Virus record (IMG/VR): IMGVR_UViG_3300009499_000053
Reading direction: 5' to 3' (one strand)
Source: a virus
DNA length: 64,000 nt
A program made the translations under genes and the position numbers. Positions 19,493-29,812 of this stretch are shown piece after piece. The notes beneath the pieces are model-generated. The model did not search any database and was not told the DNA's origin. It was given only the letters and a program-made list of their open reading frames with translations. Each line of letters begins with the position of its first letter. Within the stretch, counting starts at the first letter, position 1.

Positions 19493-21240
19493 TAGTCTCC
19501 GCCCTCCGTTACCTTCCATATCTTCTTTACTAGGAGTCTTACTACCTTAAAGATCTTAGTGAGACAGTAAGGATATATTATAGTAGAAAGAATAAGTGTT
19601 TCAGTGAGATTAAGACCTACTCTGAGTATAGGACTGCCCTCTAGTCCCAGAGTTTCAGTAAAAGTAAGGAATATCATTTTAATGAAACTAAATAATACAC
19701 TAGATGAAAGAGATTCATATAGTTTCTTAAGAACTCTAAAACTTATGTCTCCTGCAAAGGATAGACTCCCACTTAGGACCTTTCTTATTTCCTTTGGAAG
19801 GATATCTGTTAGAAGCAAGCTTTCATTTAGGATCCTCTTTACACTCTTCAAGAGATTATCTATAGAGGACAGAGACTCACTAAGAACTTTCTTGATACTC
19901 CTCCAATAACTATCAGTAAAGGACAGGTTTTCTCCTAAAGTCTTTCCAACATTCTTCCGGGGACTATCAGAGAGGAAGAGGGTTTCGTAGATCCAGAAGG
20001 GAACCCTAATATTATTTAAGGAAATCTGGTCAGAAAATAAAAATGTATCAAACAAATGAAAGCCTATTTCTTTAGTAAGATCCTCCTGGAAACTTAGAGT
20101 CTCAAAGAGATCCTGTGATAATGGTCCTCCGCCCTCACATGTTACTACACCATCAGCAAAATCTATGGAGAAAGGAAGTGCGCCGTTAGCAGATTGATAT
20201 CCTCTCTGAACTTCGTTCTCTGAAGTATTATAAAATATCTGACACTGTAATCTATAAGCTGTATCATTCAGAACTGCCGTTACTACTGTTGTACTTATAT
20301 CATAGCTCCACACTTTATGGTCAGCATTAATTTGGTCAGTAAAACCAATATAAATCTTATCATCGTAGAGACATATTGCAGTATTCATAGGATTACATCT
20401 ATCTCCTACCATTGCGTCTATTGTTACTCGACCAGCAGCCCATCCAACGCCATGAGTCCAAATACCCATATAGACAGGCTGACTAGTAATATATTGACTA
20501 TGAAAGAGATAGATTTTTGAGTCATAATAATGCGCACATACTCTACCATACCCACTAACTTTTGCGTATGGTGTATTCACCCATCCAATCCATGCACCTG
20601 CATTATTATCCCAAATATTATAGGCGTGTCGACTCGAACCATATTGACTTACAATAAGCATTATGGAGTCAACGTCATTGTAATCTGGGTATGGAACTAT
20701 GCTAATTCCAGCAATTAAGCCACCACCAGCAGGGGGAGTGTTAATATTCATTATCTGAGTCCAAGTTGTCAAGTCTGCTACTGTTGAATACTGAACTTTG
20801 ATTCTATAATTTGACCCATCATAAACTATCATTACATTGTAGATTCTATTAGCCGTGACACAGGCTGTTTCATGCCCAGCCGTAGAGTAGTGAGTTGCAT
20901 CAACAATAATCTCTGAACCAAAGCTTAGTGAGCCGTCTCCCTGCACTGTTCCAACTTTACAAACATGGTCATTGCTACCAGTGGTGACACCATAGAATAC
21001 GATTATTTTACCATCATAGACTTGTGCATGAAGCTTCGTAGCGACATCAACATTGGCTATCTGAATATCCTGGTGAGCAGACCAAGAAGCCCCATCATCA
21101 GATGAAAAGGAATAACTGACATCTGTTCCAGTATTATCTATAAAGAAGGCGTAGAGGTAGCCATCAAGTTCAAGTATCCATCTTGAGTTACCACATGCTG
21201 CTCCAGAAACCCCTTTCATATCAGTTGATATAGTGGTCAA
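19492..21240 (-). CDS. Fibre/receptor-binding protein: Asp-box propeller plus C-terminal ~19-aa repeats
   Basis: SSDDGASWS Asp-box; about 10 repeats of L.E(T/S)L...D...K. Confidence 0.65.
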   Translation of the reverse strand: MTTISTDMKGVSGAACGNSRWILELDGYLYAFFIDNTGTDVSYSFSSDDGASWSAHQDIQIANVDVATKLHAQVYDGKIIVFYGVTTGSNDHVCKVGTVQGDGSLSFGSEIIVDATHYSTAGHETACVTANRIYNVMIVYDGSNYRIKVQYSTVADLTTWTQIMNINTPPAGGGLIAGISIVPYPDYNDVDSIMLIVSQYGSSRHAYNIWDNNAGAWIGWVNTPYAKVSGYGRVCAHYYDSKIYLFHSQYITSQPVYMGIWTHGVGWAAGRVTIDAMVGDRCNPMNTAICLYDDKIYIGFTDQINADHKVWSYDISTTVVTAVLNDTAYRLQCQIFYNTSENEVQRGYQSANGALPFSIDFADGVVTCEGGGPLSQDLFETLSFQEDLTKEIGFHLFDTFLFSDQISLNNIRVPFWIYETLFLSDSPRKNVGKTLGENLSFTDSYWRSIKKVLSESLSSIDNLLKSVKRILNESLLLTDILPKEIRKVLSGSLSFAGDISFRVLKKLYESLSSSVLFSFIKMIFLTFTETLGLEGSPILRVGLNLTETLILSTIIYPYCLTKIFKVVRLLVKKIWKVTEGGD

Positions 21241-21299
21241 TTACTTCCCTCCAAAAGATGTTCGGGTCTTTGGAATGTTTAAAAAGGTGCGATCAAGGA

Positions 21300-21458
21300 T
21301 CAACCAGGTTCTTCCTCCATTGCCTCTAACAAAAAACTAAGGACTTTGTCGATTCTTGATTTGGGTTTCTTCTTTGGAGAACCTACCTTAAGGTGACCAT
21401 TCTTGTCATAAAGTTTCAGAGTTACCTTGCCCTGTACCTTAAGGCCTTCTTTACCCAT
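21300..21458 (-). CDS. Small protein (52 aa) resembling the N-terminus of 21486..21950 (not in track)
   Basis: MGKEGLKVQGKVTLKLYDKNGHLK vs LIGEVEARLYGKDGLLK; GGAG RBS. Confidence 0.55.
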   Translation of the reverse strand: MGKEGLKVQGKVTLKLYDKNGHLKVGSPKKKPKSRIDKVLSFLLEAMEEEPG

Positions 21459-21485
21459 ATTTTAGTCTCCTAAGAAAGGATTTTA

Positions 21486-21950
21486 TTAGCTCAGTGTATA
21501 TTGCCAGGTGACAACCAAAGTGTCTGAAACACCCTTAGTTATGGCACCGAATGTCTGTCTACAAAGCATAGTCTGCGAGTTCTTGCCTGAGTTATTGAAT
21601 AATCCAGACTCAGTAATGGTACCTGTTCCGGTAGCAGCACCGAATGTGGCATCATTCTTCCAGATAGTGTTAGCTGTTCTGTTGTATCCACCCTGTACAC
21701 GGGCAGTCTCAGAAGCCAATATTGTGTTTGATAATGCAGGTGCATCAGTACCTATACCGATCTCACAATAGTCAAATCCTAATGGTTGACCAGAGGACTG
21801 ACCCATCATGTCACAGATTGCTTGGAAACCAGCAGTTACAGTTAGGTTCTTGGACTTCCTGAATTCCTTCAAAAGACCATCTTTGCCGTAGAGTCGAGCT
21901 TCGACCTCTCCTATTAGAGCTCTTTTCTCTAAACTTATCATATTTTCCAC
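21486..21950 (-). CDS. Virion structural protein (fibre-base/collar-like)
   Basis: NLTVTAG..IGIGTDAP..L.SE..R..ATF....GTITESGLFN..K...DTLVVTW pattern is common in tailed-virus fibre attachment proteins. Confidence 0.6.
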   Translation of the reverse strand: MENMISLEKRALIGEVEARLYGKDGLLKEFRKSKNLTVTAGFQAICDMMGQSSGQPLGFDYCEIGIGTDAPALSNTILASETARVQGGYNRTANTIWKNDATFGAATGTGTITESGLFNNSGKNSQTMLCRQTFGAITKGVSDTLVVTWQYTLS

Positions 21951-21976
21951 TCTACCTTAATAGTGAAGATCCTGCC

Positions 21977-23230
21977 CTAAAAGTGTTCCGCCTTCATCCA
22001 ATCTTTGGGTAACTTTATCTCAAGGGTCTTGGCGTCCTCTCCACCCTCTCCAAGTTCCCTCTCCTTTTCCTTTAGGAAGGGTTCCCACAGGTTAGTAATA
22101 AGTCTGTCCCACTCATACTTCTTAGCAAAGTTTCTACTAAGTTTCCCGTATTGTAGTCTCTTCTTTGAATTAAAGTATGCCTCTTCCAGTTTCTTTGCTA
22201 TATCATCCTGATCGGGAACAGCACACTTACCATTTAGGGGGGTGTACATCCAATCCCTAGATTTAACTAACCAACCATGACCCTTAATTAGTTCAGGCAT
22301 TGAGGAGAATTTCGTACCTATGACAGGTACACCACAAGCCATTGCTTCTAGCATACATAGGCCAAATCCCTCTCTTCTGGCGCAGTTCATAAGTAAGTCA
22401 AATGAAGAGTAGAGCATAGCCATCTCACTCTCAGGTAGACCTACAAGCTCAGTCATTCTATCTGGGAAGAAGACGTTCTTATCAACCCCAATACTCTGAG
22501 CAAGACCAGGAAGATCAAATCCACGAAGATGTTGGGACTTAGTGTAGGCGAATACAAACACTTCTTTCTCTAGTTTAGGGTGTTCCTCAAAGAAGATCTT
22601 AAGACCCATGAACATCTTATCCCAACCTTTCCTAGGTTCTGGATCATTATTGGCAGCTACCATTCCTATTATGAACTTATCATTTCTGAATCCGAAGTGT
22701 TCTCTACAGGTACTTCTGTTGAGGGGTTTGAAGACCTGAGTATCAACTCCATGGGGAATCATTCGTGTCATTCTACCATACTTCTGGGCTTCTCTTCTAC
22801 CAAACTTAGAGATTGTGATAAACTCATTATACCTCTTCAAGGTCTTCTGGTGTTGTAGACCATACTCACTGTGATCTATTGGACCATAGAATGTAGAGTT
22901 CCTTAGCTTTGGGAACCAGGAAAATCTCCAGAAGTCTGAGAAGAGAATAGGAAGATCAATGTTGAAGGCCTTTACATAGTATGGAACTGCCTTCCTACCA
23001 TACTCCTTCTCTCCGTTATAGATTGGAAAGATAGGTACTCCACCTAGTTTTAACATTCCACCCTCAGAAATACCATAGTAGGCTGCTATGATTATAGGCC
23101 AACCCCTCTGGTGTAACCTAAAGACTATATTCTTAGTAACATTCCCATAGCCAGAACGACAGTGAGGACTAACACTAAGCCATAGAATATTTAGTTTATG
23201 CTTTTTTGTCCTCTTCTTCTTTTCCATCAC
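21977..23230 (-). CDS. Glycosyltransferase family 4 (GT-B)
   Basis: SGYG, IPHGVD, RKG and EGFGLCMLEAMACGVPVI motifs. Confidence 0.9.
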   Translation of the reverse strand: MMEKKKRTKKHKLNILWLSVSPHCRSGYGNVTKNIVFRLHQRGWPIIIAAYYGISEGGMLKLGGVPIFPIYNGEKEYGRKAVPYYVKAFNIDLPILFSDFWRFSWFPKLRNSTFYGPIDHSEYGLQHQKTLKRYNEFITISKFGRREAQKYGRMTRMIPHGVDTQVFKPLNRSTCREHFGFRNDKFIIGMVAANNDPEPRKGWDKMFMGLKIFFEEHPKLEKEVFVFAYTKSQHLRGFDLPGLAQSIGVDKNVFFPDRMTELVGLPESEMAMLYSSFDLLMNCARREGFGLCMLEAMACGVPVIGTKFSSMPELIKGHGWLVKSRDWMYTPLNGKCAVPDQDDIAKKLEEAYFNSKKRLQYGKLSRNFAKKYEWDRLITNLWEPFLKEKERELGEGGEDAKTLEIKLPKDWMKAEHF

Positions 23231-25445
23231 TTACCAAGATCTCCTTCAAATAATCATCCAATCTCTTTCCAGAAATGACCTTTATCTTGTAGTCTCTCTC
23301 ATCTATGGAGTGAACAAAGTTCTTGTGTGGAATTATTACCTTATTGAAGCCCCAGCGTTCAGCAGCCTTGATCTTCTCATAAAGTCCACCTACAGCAGTA
23401 ACCTCTATTTTATCTGTTGCTGAGATGTTTATCTCTCCGGTAACTGCTATATCCTGTCTTATAGCCTTCTTCTCTAGTAGGGAACAAAGTAATATGGCCA
23501 TTGTGACACCAGCACTGGGTCCATCTACTCCATAGGCTTGTGAGAAGTCTACATGGGTACAGTAGTCCTGTGCAATATCAACCTTGTACTTCTTAAGGAT
23601 AACTGTTCTTACCTTGTCAACTGAGTCCTGTATGAATTTACCCTTCTTATTTATTCCAGAAACTTTAAGGTAACCACGCTTTCTCTTTCCCCTTGGTAAC
23701 ATAGTAGCCTTTACCCTAAGGACATTGCCAGTCATCTCCTGTGAGAAGGGATCCGTCACAACTGCTAGTCCATAATTAACTCCTGTCTTTTTTCCAACTG
23801 GTTCTATCTCCAAGAGTTTACCTCTCTCCTGGATTAGATGTTCTAGGATCTGTTTCTGTATAGTCTTGCAGTGTACTTCAATTGCTTCTATTACATGCCT
23901 TTTTTCAACAAAAAGAGTATCTTTCCCTTCTAGGATAATTGATACATTTGCATTTTCTACTGGTATTCTTTCGTCTTTTTTTCTGCTCTCATTCTCTGCA
24001 AGGATAGCAGCAGTCCTTATGATAGAGATAAGTGGTCTAAACTTTGTGGATAGACAATCAGTTTTATTAGACTTTCTTCTTCCTTCGTGACAGATCTCTA
24101 TACAGGCTTCTCTAGTAAAGGGTTTAAGGTGGAATCTCTTTGATTCCTGAGCTATAAATTGTACATACTTTCTTCTATTTGCAACTGTGTTAGGCATGTC
24201 ATTACTCATTCTAACTACTCTACCATAACCATAAATTCTGTCCATTAATGCTGGGTGTATCATAGTGATACTGTCAAAGTTTCCAGCTCCTACTAGGAAT
24301 GTTAGACATGGTACAGGTTCAGTTGCTACAGCCATAGCTGAGGTTCCACTAGCAGACCACTTAGATCTTAGGGTAATTGGAAGTTGTCCTTCCTCAAGGA
24401 CTGTAAGTAAAGTAACAGCCTCATCTGGATGAAGGTTCTTAATCTCATCGATATAGAGAATGCCTAAGTTTGCCTTGTGAACATCTCCTGCAGTAGTTCT
24501 CTGGTGTTCAGGTGTTCCTAGACCTCCAGTTTGTAGAGGATCCCAAGCAATAGAACCAAAGAGTTGTGCACTCTTGTGACCTGTAGCATCAATAAAGGGA
24601 GCTACTTTCCCAGTGTTGTCTACTAGAAGCTTTGGGGCATCTGTTTGTTCAGATCCTGAGATTCCCTTAGAACCACCCATCATACCTGATCGTCCCATGA
24701 ATATAATTAGTATCAGGAAGATCATCATCATTCCAGCAGGTAGGAATGTTATAGAACCTACCTCTATGAAGCTAGAGAGCATATAGTTAAAAAGATTACC
24801 TTCCCAGACAGTTTGTAATGGACCATACATAGTCATTGCATTAGCAAACCATACCATAAGTTTATCCCATAGCAGATATATTCCTGCAGAAATAAAGGCC
24901 ATTCCCACTGTAGCCATAAAATAGGTCATACCCTTGATGAAAAGTTTCTTAAGTCTTGACTTCTTTTCATGTTTACGTTTCTCTCTCAGGACTTGTTTTC
25001 TACCTTCTCCAGCCCTTCTACATGAAATCTTAGGTTCACTTGGGACTATTGCGTTCATCCAACAGATGACATCTTGAAGTTTAATCTGATGTTTCAGGTA
25101 TAGCTGAGTAAGATGTGAAGCAAGGGCTCTACCAATAAGAGATTTACCAGTACCAGGATCTCCCATTAACATTAAGTATGGACCTGGTGGAATCAACTTC
25201 TTCATAGTAGGCTTTTCAGAGTTAGGATCTGTCCAGATATCAAACCACTTCTCTCTCTCCATCCAGTTTAATTTATGGACCCATTCATCCAAACACAAGT
25301 AACATTCAGCAAGGGCTTGCTTCTGACCTATTACCCAGTCAAGCAATTCCTCAGAGACTGGAAAGTCTTTTATGTTCTGAAAGTTCTTCCAATCCCAGAT
25401 CTTCTCTCCAATTTTCTCTTTTCCTTTACCAAAATAAGATGTCAT
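23196..25445 (-). CDS. lonB: Archaeal-type membrane-anchored Lon protease
   Basis: Walker A GDPGTGKS, two TM segments inserted in the AAA+ domain, Walker B LYIDEI, catalytic VDGPSAG and KIKAA Ser-Lys dyad. Confidence 0.92.
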   Translation of the reverse strand: MTSYFGKGKEKIGEKIWDWKNFQNIKDFPVSEELLDWVIGQKQALAECYLCLDEWVHKLNWMEREKWFDIWTDPNSEKPTMKKLIPPGPYLMLMGDPGTGKSLIGRALASHLTQLYLKHQIKLQDVICWMNAIVPSEPKISCRRAGEGRKQVLREKRKHEKKSRLKKLFIKGMTYFMATVGMAFISAGIYLLWDKLMVWFANAMTMYGPLQTVWEGNLFNYMLSSFIEVGSITFLPAGMMMIFLILIIFMGRSGMMGGSKGISGSEQTDAPKLLVDNTGKVAPFIDATGHKSAQLFGSIAWDPLQTGGLGTPEHQRTTAGDVHKANLGILYIDEIKNLHPDEAVTLLTVLEEGQLPITLRSKWSASGTSAMAVATEPVPCLTFLVGAGNFDSITMIHPALMDRIYGYGRVVRMSNDMPNTVANRRKYVQFIAQESKRFHLKPFTREACIEICHEGRRKSNKTDCLSTKFRPLISIIRTAAILAENESRKKDERIPVENANVSIILEGKDTLFVEKRHVIEAIEVHCKTIQKQILEHLIQERGKLLEIEPVGKKTGVNYGLAVVTDPFSQEMTGNVLRVKATMLPRGKRKRGYLKVSGINKKGKFIQDSVDKVRTVILKKYKVDIAQDYCTHVDFSQAYGVDGPSAGVTMAILLCSLLEKKAIRQDIAVTGEINISATDKIEVTAVGGLYEKIKAAERWGFNKVIIPHKNFVHSIDERDYKIKVISGKRLDDYLKEILVSDGKEEEDKKA

Positions 25446-25639
25446 TATTGTTTACTCCCCATACAGTGTTTCATTAGGCAAGAGGGGCAATATCTTAGGA
25501 TCTCAAAGTATCCTTTCTTCTTACCTGATCTTTCATCCATTATTATAATATAGTCTTTGTCCTCACACCTGTAACCTGTGTAGATTACAAGGGTTCCTGC
25601 AATTAGTGTATTGTTCCCACAGAAGCTGCAATCATGCAC
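25445..25639 (-). CDS. Small Cys-rich protein
   Basis: Two CxxC pairs; fills the gap between portal and LonB. Confidence 0.5.
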   Translation of the reverse strand: MHDCSFCGNNTLIAGTLVIYTGYRCEDKDYIIIMDERSGKKKGYFEILRYCPSCLMKHCMGSKQ

Positions 25640-27076
25640 CTATACTTCCTCTCCCGGAACTTCCTCTTCTACCACGTCCACTTCCTCTTCTACGTCCACT
25701 AAGGCCTTATCTCCTTTCCTATTCTTGTTGCAGCTAGCACAGAACTTAGCCAACTTCTCTAGTGGAACCTTAGAGGTCTTTCTTACTGGACAAGAACCCA
25801 TTCCAAAGACACAGGTTTCCGAAGGCTTAACCTTCATTCTAGGTGAAAGACCCTCTAACTTTCGGATATCATCTTCCATTATATCATCAGCAGTTAGTAG
25901 GTTATACTTAGCATACTGAGCTAGTCTTCTAGACTTGAACATCATAGTCTCCTCGCTATACTCAGTGAATCTTAGGTTTGGATAAGGATACTCTAACTTA
26001 ACCTCTTTTCTGTATTGAGAAAATAGTTGTTCATTTACCTGATTCATCAGAACTGCTTGCATTGTCTTAATGGTCTTCTCAAAGTCCATTGTCTCCTGGT
26101 TAACATTAGCCTGGATGTTCTGTGTGGTAGTACCGTATACCTTTGGTACTTCAAGACCAGCCATTATCTCAGCAGATAGGTACTGTAAGAAGTCAGAGAT
26201 GTCACCTATTTGAGACTTAGCATCAAGTCTTCCAGGTGTGATCCACCAAGGCAAGACTAGTTCACTAGCTGTAGATAGGTCCTCTAGGTACTCTTTAGCC
26301 TCTTTCACCTTATCAGGAGTTACTTCAAATCCCTTTTCTAGGGCCTCAGAACTTCCTAATCTGTAGTAGTAGATTGGATAACCATGTCGATAGACTGCCT
26401 CACCAAGAGCTTCTTCTAGGTTAAGCTTAATCCATGCAGATTTGTAGACAGGTTCTAGGGGAGTTAGTCCTAAGCATTCCTCACCAAGGACATAGAGCTT
26501 TAGAAGTACTACATCTTCTGGTTTGAACTTCTTAGATTCGTGACCTGTAATAGTCTGAACATAGCCCTTTATTGAGCCATCACTATTCCTGGCTATGTAC
26601 TCACTACCCTCAACTCTCTGGTAATCAAAGGTCTTAGGATCTATTTGTGCTAGACGAGTTATCTTCTTCTTCTCTCGTATTACCTCTGCAACACCATAAC
26701 CATAGATGAAGATATCCTTGATCATGAAAGGAAGGATTGTTTTAAAACCGATCCTATCTACGAACATCTCCATTATGACCACATCATCCTCACTCTTACC
26801 AGTAAAGAAGACCTTAGGTGATGCTACTAGTCTAGTAATCTTATTAACTCCTGCCCAGACTAAGGGATCAAGACGATAGAGAACCTCATTTCTCTTCATT
26901 AAAATTTCACTACGAGGGATTCTCTCCTCAAGTGCTAGGGACTTTCTCTTTGTAAGAGCAACTAGTTGTTCAAGAGAGTACTTAGAACCCAAAGCAACTT
27001 TCTTTGCAGGTTCCCTTTTTCCTCTAAGATTCCTAACTGCTTTAGCTATCTTCTTTAAACTAGATTCCTTTGCCAT
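25640..27076 (-). CDS. Portal protein
   Basis: 478 aa after TerL; IFIYGYGVAE, IDPKT, GLTPLE, IMAGLEVPKVYG, IRKLEGL; Cys-rich tail. Confidence 0.85.
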   Translation of the reverse strand: MAKESSLKKIAKAVRNLRGKREPAKKVALGSKYSLEQLVALTKRKSLALEERIPRSEILMKRNEVLYRLDPLVWAGVNKITRLVASPKVFFTGKSEDDVVIMEMFVDRIGFKTILPFMIKDIFIYGYGVAEVIREKKKITRLAQIDPKTFDYQRVEGSEYIARNSDGSIKGYVQTITGHESKKFKPEDVVLLKLYVLGEECLGLTPLEPVYKSAWIKLNLEEALGEAVYRHGYPIYYYRLGSSEALEKGFEVTPDKVKEAKEYLEDLSTASELVLPWWITPGRLDAKSQIGDISDFLQYLSAEIMAGLEVPKVYGTTTQNIQANVNQETMDFEKTIKTMQAVLMNQVNEQLFSQYRKEVKLEYPYPNLRFTEYSEETMMFKSRRLAQYAKYNLLTADDIMEDDIRKLEGLSPRMKVKPSETCVFGMGSCPVRKTSKVPLEKLAKFCASCNKNRKGDKALVDVEEEVDVVEEEVPGEEV

Positions 27077-27390
27077 TACTTACCACCTACATAACCCTGA
27101 ATGAAACGTCTAACTATTTCACTTGCACTCTTACCTTCCTTTCTTCTACAGGCAGCTTGGAAAGCCTTCCAGAGGGATTCATCAATCCTTATTGTCTGTC
27201 TGGGAGTCACTGTCCCCTTCTTTCTACCTCTAATCTTCATATCCTTTGTAGAGGTAGGCAGACCCTTAAGTGATTCAATTTCCTCTTCAGAAAGTTCTGA
27301 TTGGTCTATTTCCGTTCCACGACCAGATATCTGTTTACCAGATAAGTAACGCTTGAGTGCTTTATCCCTAGTCTCTTGATCTTTGTCCAC
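27076..27390 (-). CDS. Ribbon-helix-helix DNA-binding protein
   Basis: C-terminal QTIRIDESLWKAFQAAC...SASEIVRRFIQGYV. Confidence 0.75.
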   Translation of the reverse strand: MDKDQETRDKALKRYLSGKQISGRGTEIDQSELSEEEIESLKGLPTSTKDMKIRGRKKGTVTPRQTIRIDESLWKAFQAACRRKEGKSASEIVRRFIQGYVGGK

Positions 27391-27425
27391 TTAAAACACT
27401 ACCACTCTAGTATTATGTCATGCTC

Positions 27426-27440
27426 TTATATAAGTTTTCT
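27426..27440 (-). promoter_or_regulatory. BRE/TATA promoter (GAAAA-CTTATATAA)
   Basis: Lies about 36 nt upstream of the 27390 start. Confidence 0.55.
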
Positions 27441-27441
27441 C

Positions 27442-28953
27442 TTAGGATCCTTCCCGTGCCTTCCTATTCCTCTCCTTAATCCTAGTCCATTTCTCTCTCT
27501 CTAACTTGGTAACCAACTCATCAGGTTTCATATTTCTACGATTCATCTGATGTTTGATATCTAATTGTCTTCCTGGACCCCTCTTTTTTCTCCTCTTGAT
27601 AATGATGTAGTCCTTAAGGTTCCACTTTAGAGGCATAATACCCTTGGCTCCCTTAACTGCAAGCATACAAGCATCCACATAGTCGTCTCCCTTCTTAGAG
27701 TCATACCTATAGTCACGTAATTGAGCAACTAGGGGATAGTCCTTAGCTCCATCTATCTGGATAAGCTCATTCTCTACTAGAGCTCTAAGGTTTGAAATCA
27801 TGGATGCCTTCTGACTCTTAAACTTAACTGGAAGAACTGGAAGACCCCTCCCTGCTAGTCTCTGGTTCTCACCTATGTCACTAGAGTCTGTATAGAGACG
27901 AGAAACTTGGTATGATCTAGCTATTAGTTCAACCTTATCAAGGACATGCTCAAAGTTCTGTTTTAGGTACTCTTCAGTATGCAGGACCTTCCAACTAATA
28001 GGCCCCTTTTTATTGTCGTTCCTCTCTACAATTATAATAACTGTAGGAGCAGGATAGTGACCCCAGTCGACCCCACCAAACTTATCACCTTCTGACTCAA
28101 TAAGGTTCCTATGTTTAACACAATCCTTAAGCTTCTGAAGTGGAAAGACCTTACCAGCAAAGGAGTATGGAATACCTAGGTACTCAACCATATAGTTACC
28201 TCTATCAACTAACTTCTTTTGGTTATCTAGGAACCCCTTGCTAACTATAGGACAATCCTCGGCGGACCAATTGAATCTTAGGAACTGGGGGAAGTCCTTG
28301 TCTTTGGAGAATATGTTTACGAATAGAGAAAAGAACTTATCTGGGGTAGAGGACAGAATTAGACGGGGATATCGAGAAGTTCCAATCATGGGCATAGCAG
28401 CAGTTAATAGGTCATCATCTGCTTGACATGCCTCGTCTACCACTAACATATCAGGGTGTGGTCCCCTTACTGACTTCTCAGAGGCTGTTAGTGGTTTGAT
28501 GGAGGAACCATCTATAAAGAGAATCTCATCCTTTGTAGGATCCTTAGCCAGACTATTCTGAAGGAAGGGAATCTTAGAGATAAATCCCATAATGTAACCA
28601 TAACAGATTCTAGCCTGTTTCTCTGAACCAGCTAAGATGACTACCTGCATAGGTGTTCCAGGGTGAGTAATTGGAAGAACATAAACGTACCATAGGGCCA
28701 ATACAGCCAAGCACTGTGTCTTTCCTGTACCCCTACCTGCAGAAAGCACAGCATATTCATTCTTTAGGTTCTGCATCTTCCTTAGAAAGATTGATTGGTA
28801 AGGGTATGGTTTCTGACCAGTTACTGCTTCGAAGAATAGTGGAAGGTTATATCTCCAGGTAAAGATATTCCTAGCTTCGCCTACTACTCCAGTAAAGTGT
28901 CTTGAGGAAGGATTACACTGATCAGGTAAATCCCTTGGATCTAAGTCTTTCAT
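27442..28953 (-). CDS. terL: Terminase large subunit
   Basis: PYPYQ, Walker A AGRGTGKT, Walker B LVVDEA, SSTP, RNase H-like GVDWG and DDYVDA. Confidence 0.93.
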   Translation of the reverse strand: MKDLDPRDLPDQCNPSSRHFTGVVGEARNIFTWRYNLPLFFEAVTGQKPYPYQSIFLRKMQNLKNEYAVLSAGRGTGKTQCLAVLALWYVYVLPITHPGTPMQVVILAGSEKQARICYGYIMGFISKIPFLQNSLAKDPTKDEILFIDGSSIKPLTASEKSVRGPHPDMLVVDEACQADDDLLTAAMPMIGTSRYPRLILSSTPDKFFSLFVNIFSKDKDFPQFLRFNWSAEDCPIVSKGFLDNQKKLVDRGNYMVEYLGIPYSFAGKVFPLQKLKDCVKHRNLIESEGDKFGGVDWGHYPAPTVIIIVERNDNKKGPISWKVLHTEEYLKQNFEHVLDKVELIARSYQVSRLYTDSSDIGENQRLAGRGLPVLPVKFKSQKASMISNLRALVENELIQIDGAKDYPLVAQLRDYRYDSKKGDDYVDACMLAVKGAKGIMPLKWNLKDYIIIKRRKKRGPGRQLDIKHQMNRRNMKPDELVTKLEREKWTRIKERNRKAREGS

Positions 28954-29455
28954 CTAGTTTCACCCAGAACTTATCTCTACATTTGGGACATAACTGAGAA
29001 CAGGCCCAGTAAATCTCCCTATACAGTTCAGCCCTAGTCATAGAGGTACTAGCAGATAGTTTGTTTCTTAATCTCTCAACGTCCTGGAGAGTAAGTCTAT
29101 GTTCTCTATATACTGCTACAACATCACTAAGGTTTTTAGCTTGCTTAGCATTGCCAATTAGTCCCTTTAATCCGGTAAGATTCCTCTTGATCTCATTTAG
29201 AATGTTAATAGTCTCCATCTTAGACTCTTCTACCTTAGCATCAACTGTTCCCCTATTAAGGATCTCTTGAATTCTGTGAGGTTTATAGTGATTCTGGAAA
29301 TGGTTCTTAAAGGACTTTCTTCCTATTACCTCATTCTTCTGTCTAGCTAGTTTCTCTAGCTGCATCATGGCAATACGTCCCTTAGTCTGATAGTAACGAG
29401 TCTCATAAATATTCAAAAGAGGTGAATTACATACCTTACACGTACTCTTTACCAT
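28922..29455 (-). CDS. Putative terminase small subunit
   Basis: CKVC...H...H helical protein directly upstream of and overlapping TerL. Confidence 0.6.
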   Translation of the reverse strand: MVKSTCKVCNSPLLNIYETRYYQTKGRIAMMQLEKLARQKNEVIGRKSFKNHFQNHYKPHRIQEILNRGTVDAKVEESKMETINILNEIKRNLTGLKGLIGNAKQAKNLSDVVAVYREHRLTLQDVERLRNKLSASTSMTRAELYREIYWACSQLCPKCRDKFWVKLDERLRSKGFT

Positions 29456-29790
29456 TCTCCTTCCCTAATAGAATATGGATAGATACGATATATTAACCTT
29501 CCGTCTACCCTCCACAAACGTCCATACTCATAGGAAGGTAATCAGAATCAATCTTATTTCAGGTATCCGGATTGGCCTGCTATCACATACGGGGACTATT
29601 GGGGTTACGGGGATTGTAGGGAGGATGTCCTTCTTTCTCTAAGGTAATCAGTACTCAGGGATATTCTACATTCCAGTATTCCCCTAGGTAACACATCCAC
29701 ATCTGGGGTGTTCATCAAAAGAAGGATTGGGTCCCCTTCGAGTTAGTTCGAGTCATGGTAATTTCCCATGCTAAAACCCGAAGCTAGACC

Positions 29791-29812
29791 GAAGCACAGG
29801 TTTATATATACA
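29791..29812 (+). promoter_or_regulatory. TATA promoter for the right arm
   Basis: GAAGCACAGG-TTTATATATA about 35 nt upstream of the first plus-strand ORF. Confidence 0.55.

Noticed and set aside
234-29270. Plus-strand ORFs on the left arm (e.g. 2492..3178, 4163..4717)
   Set aside because: Antisense shadows of well-supported minus-strand genes
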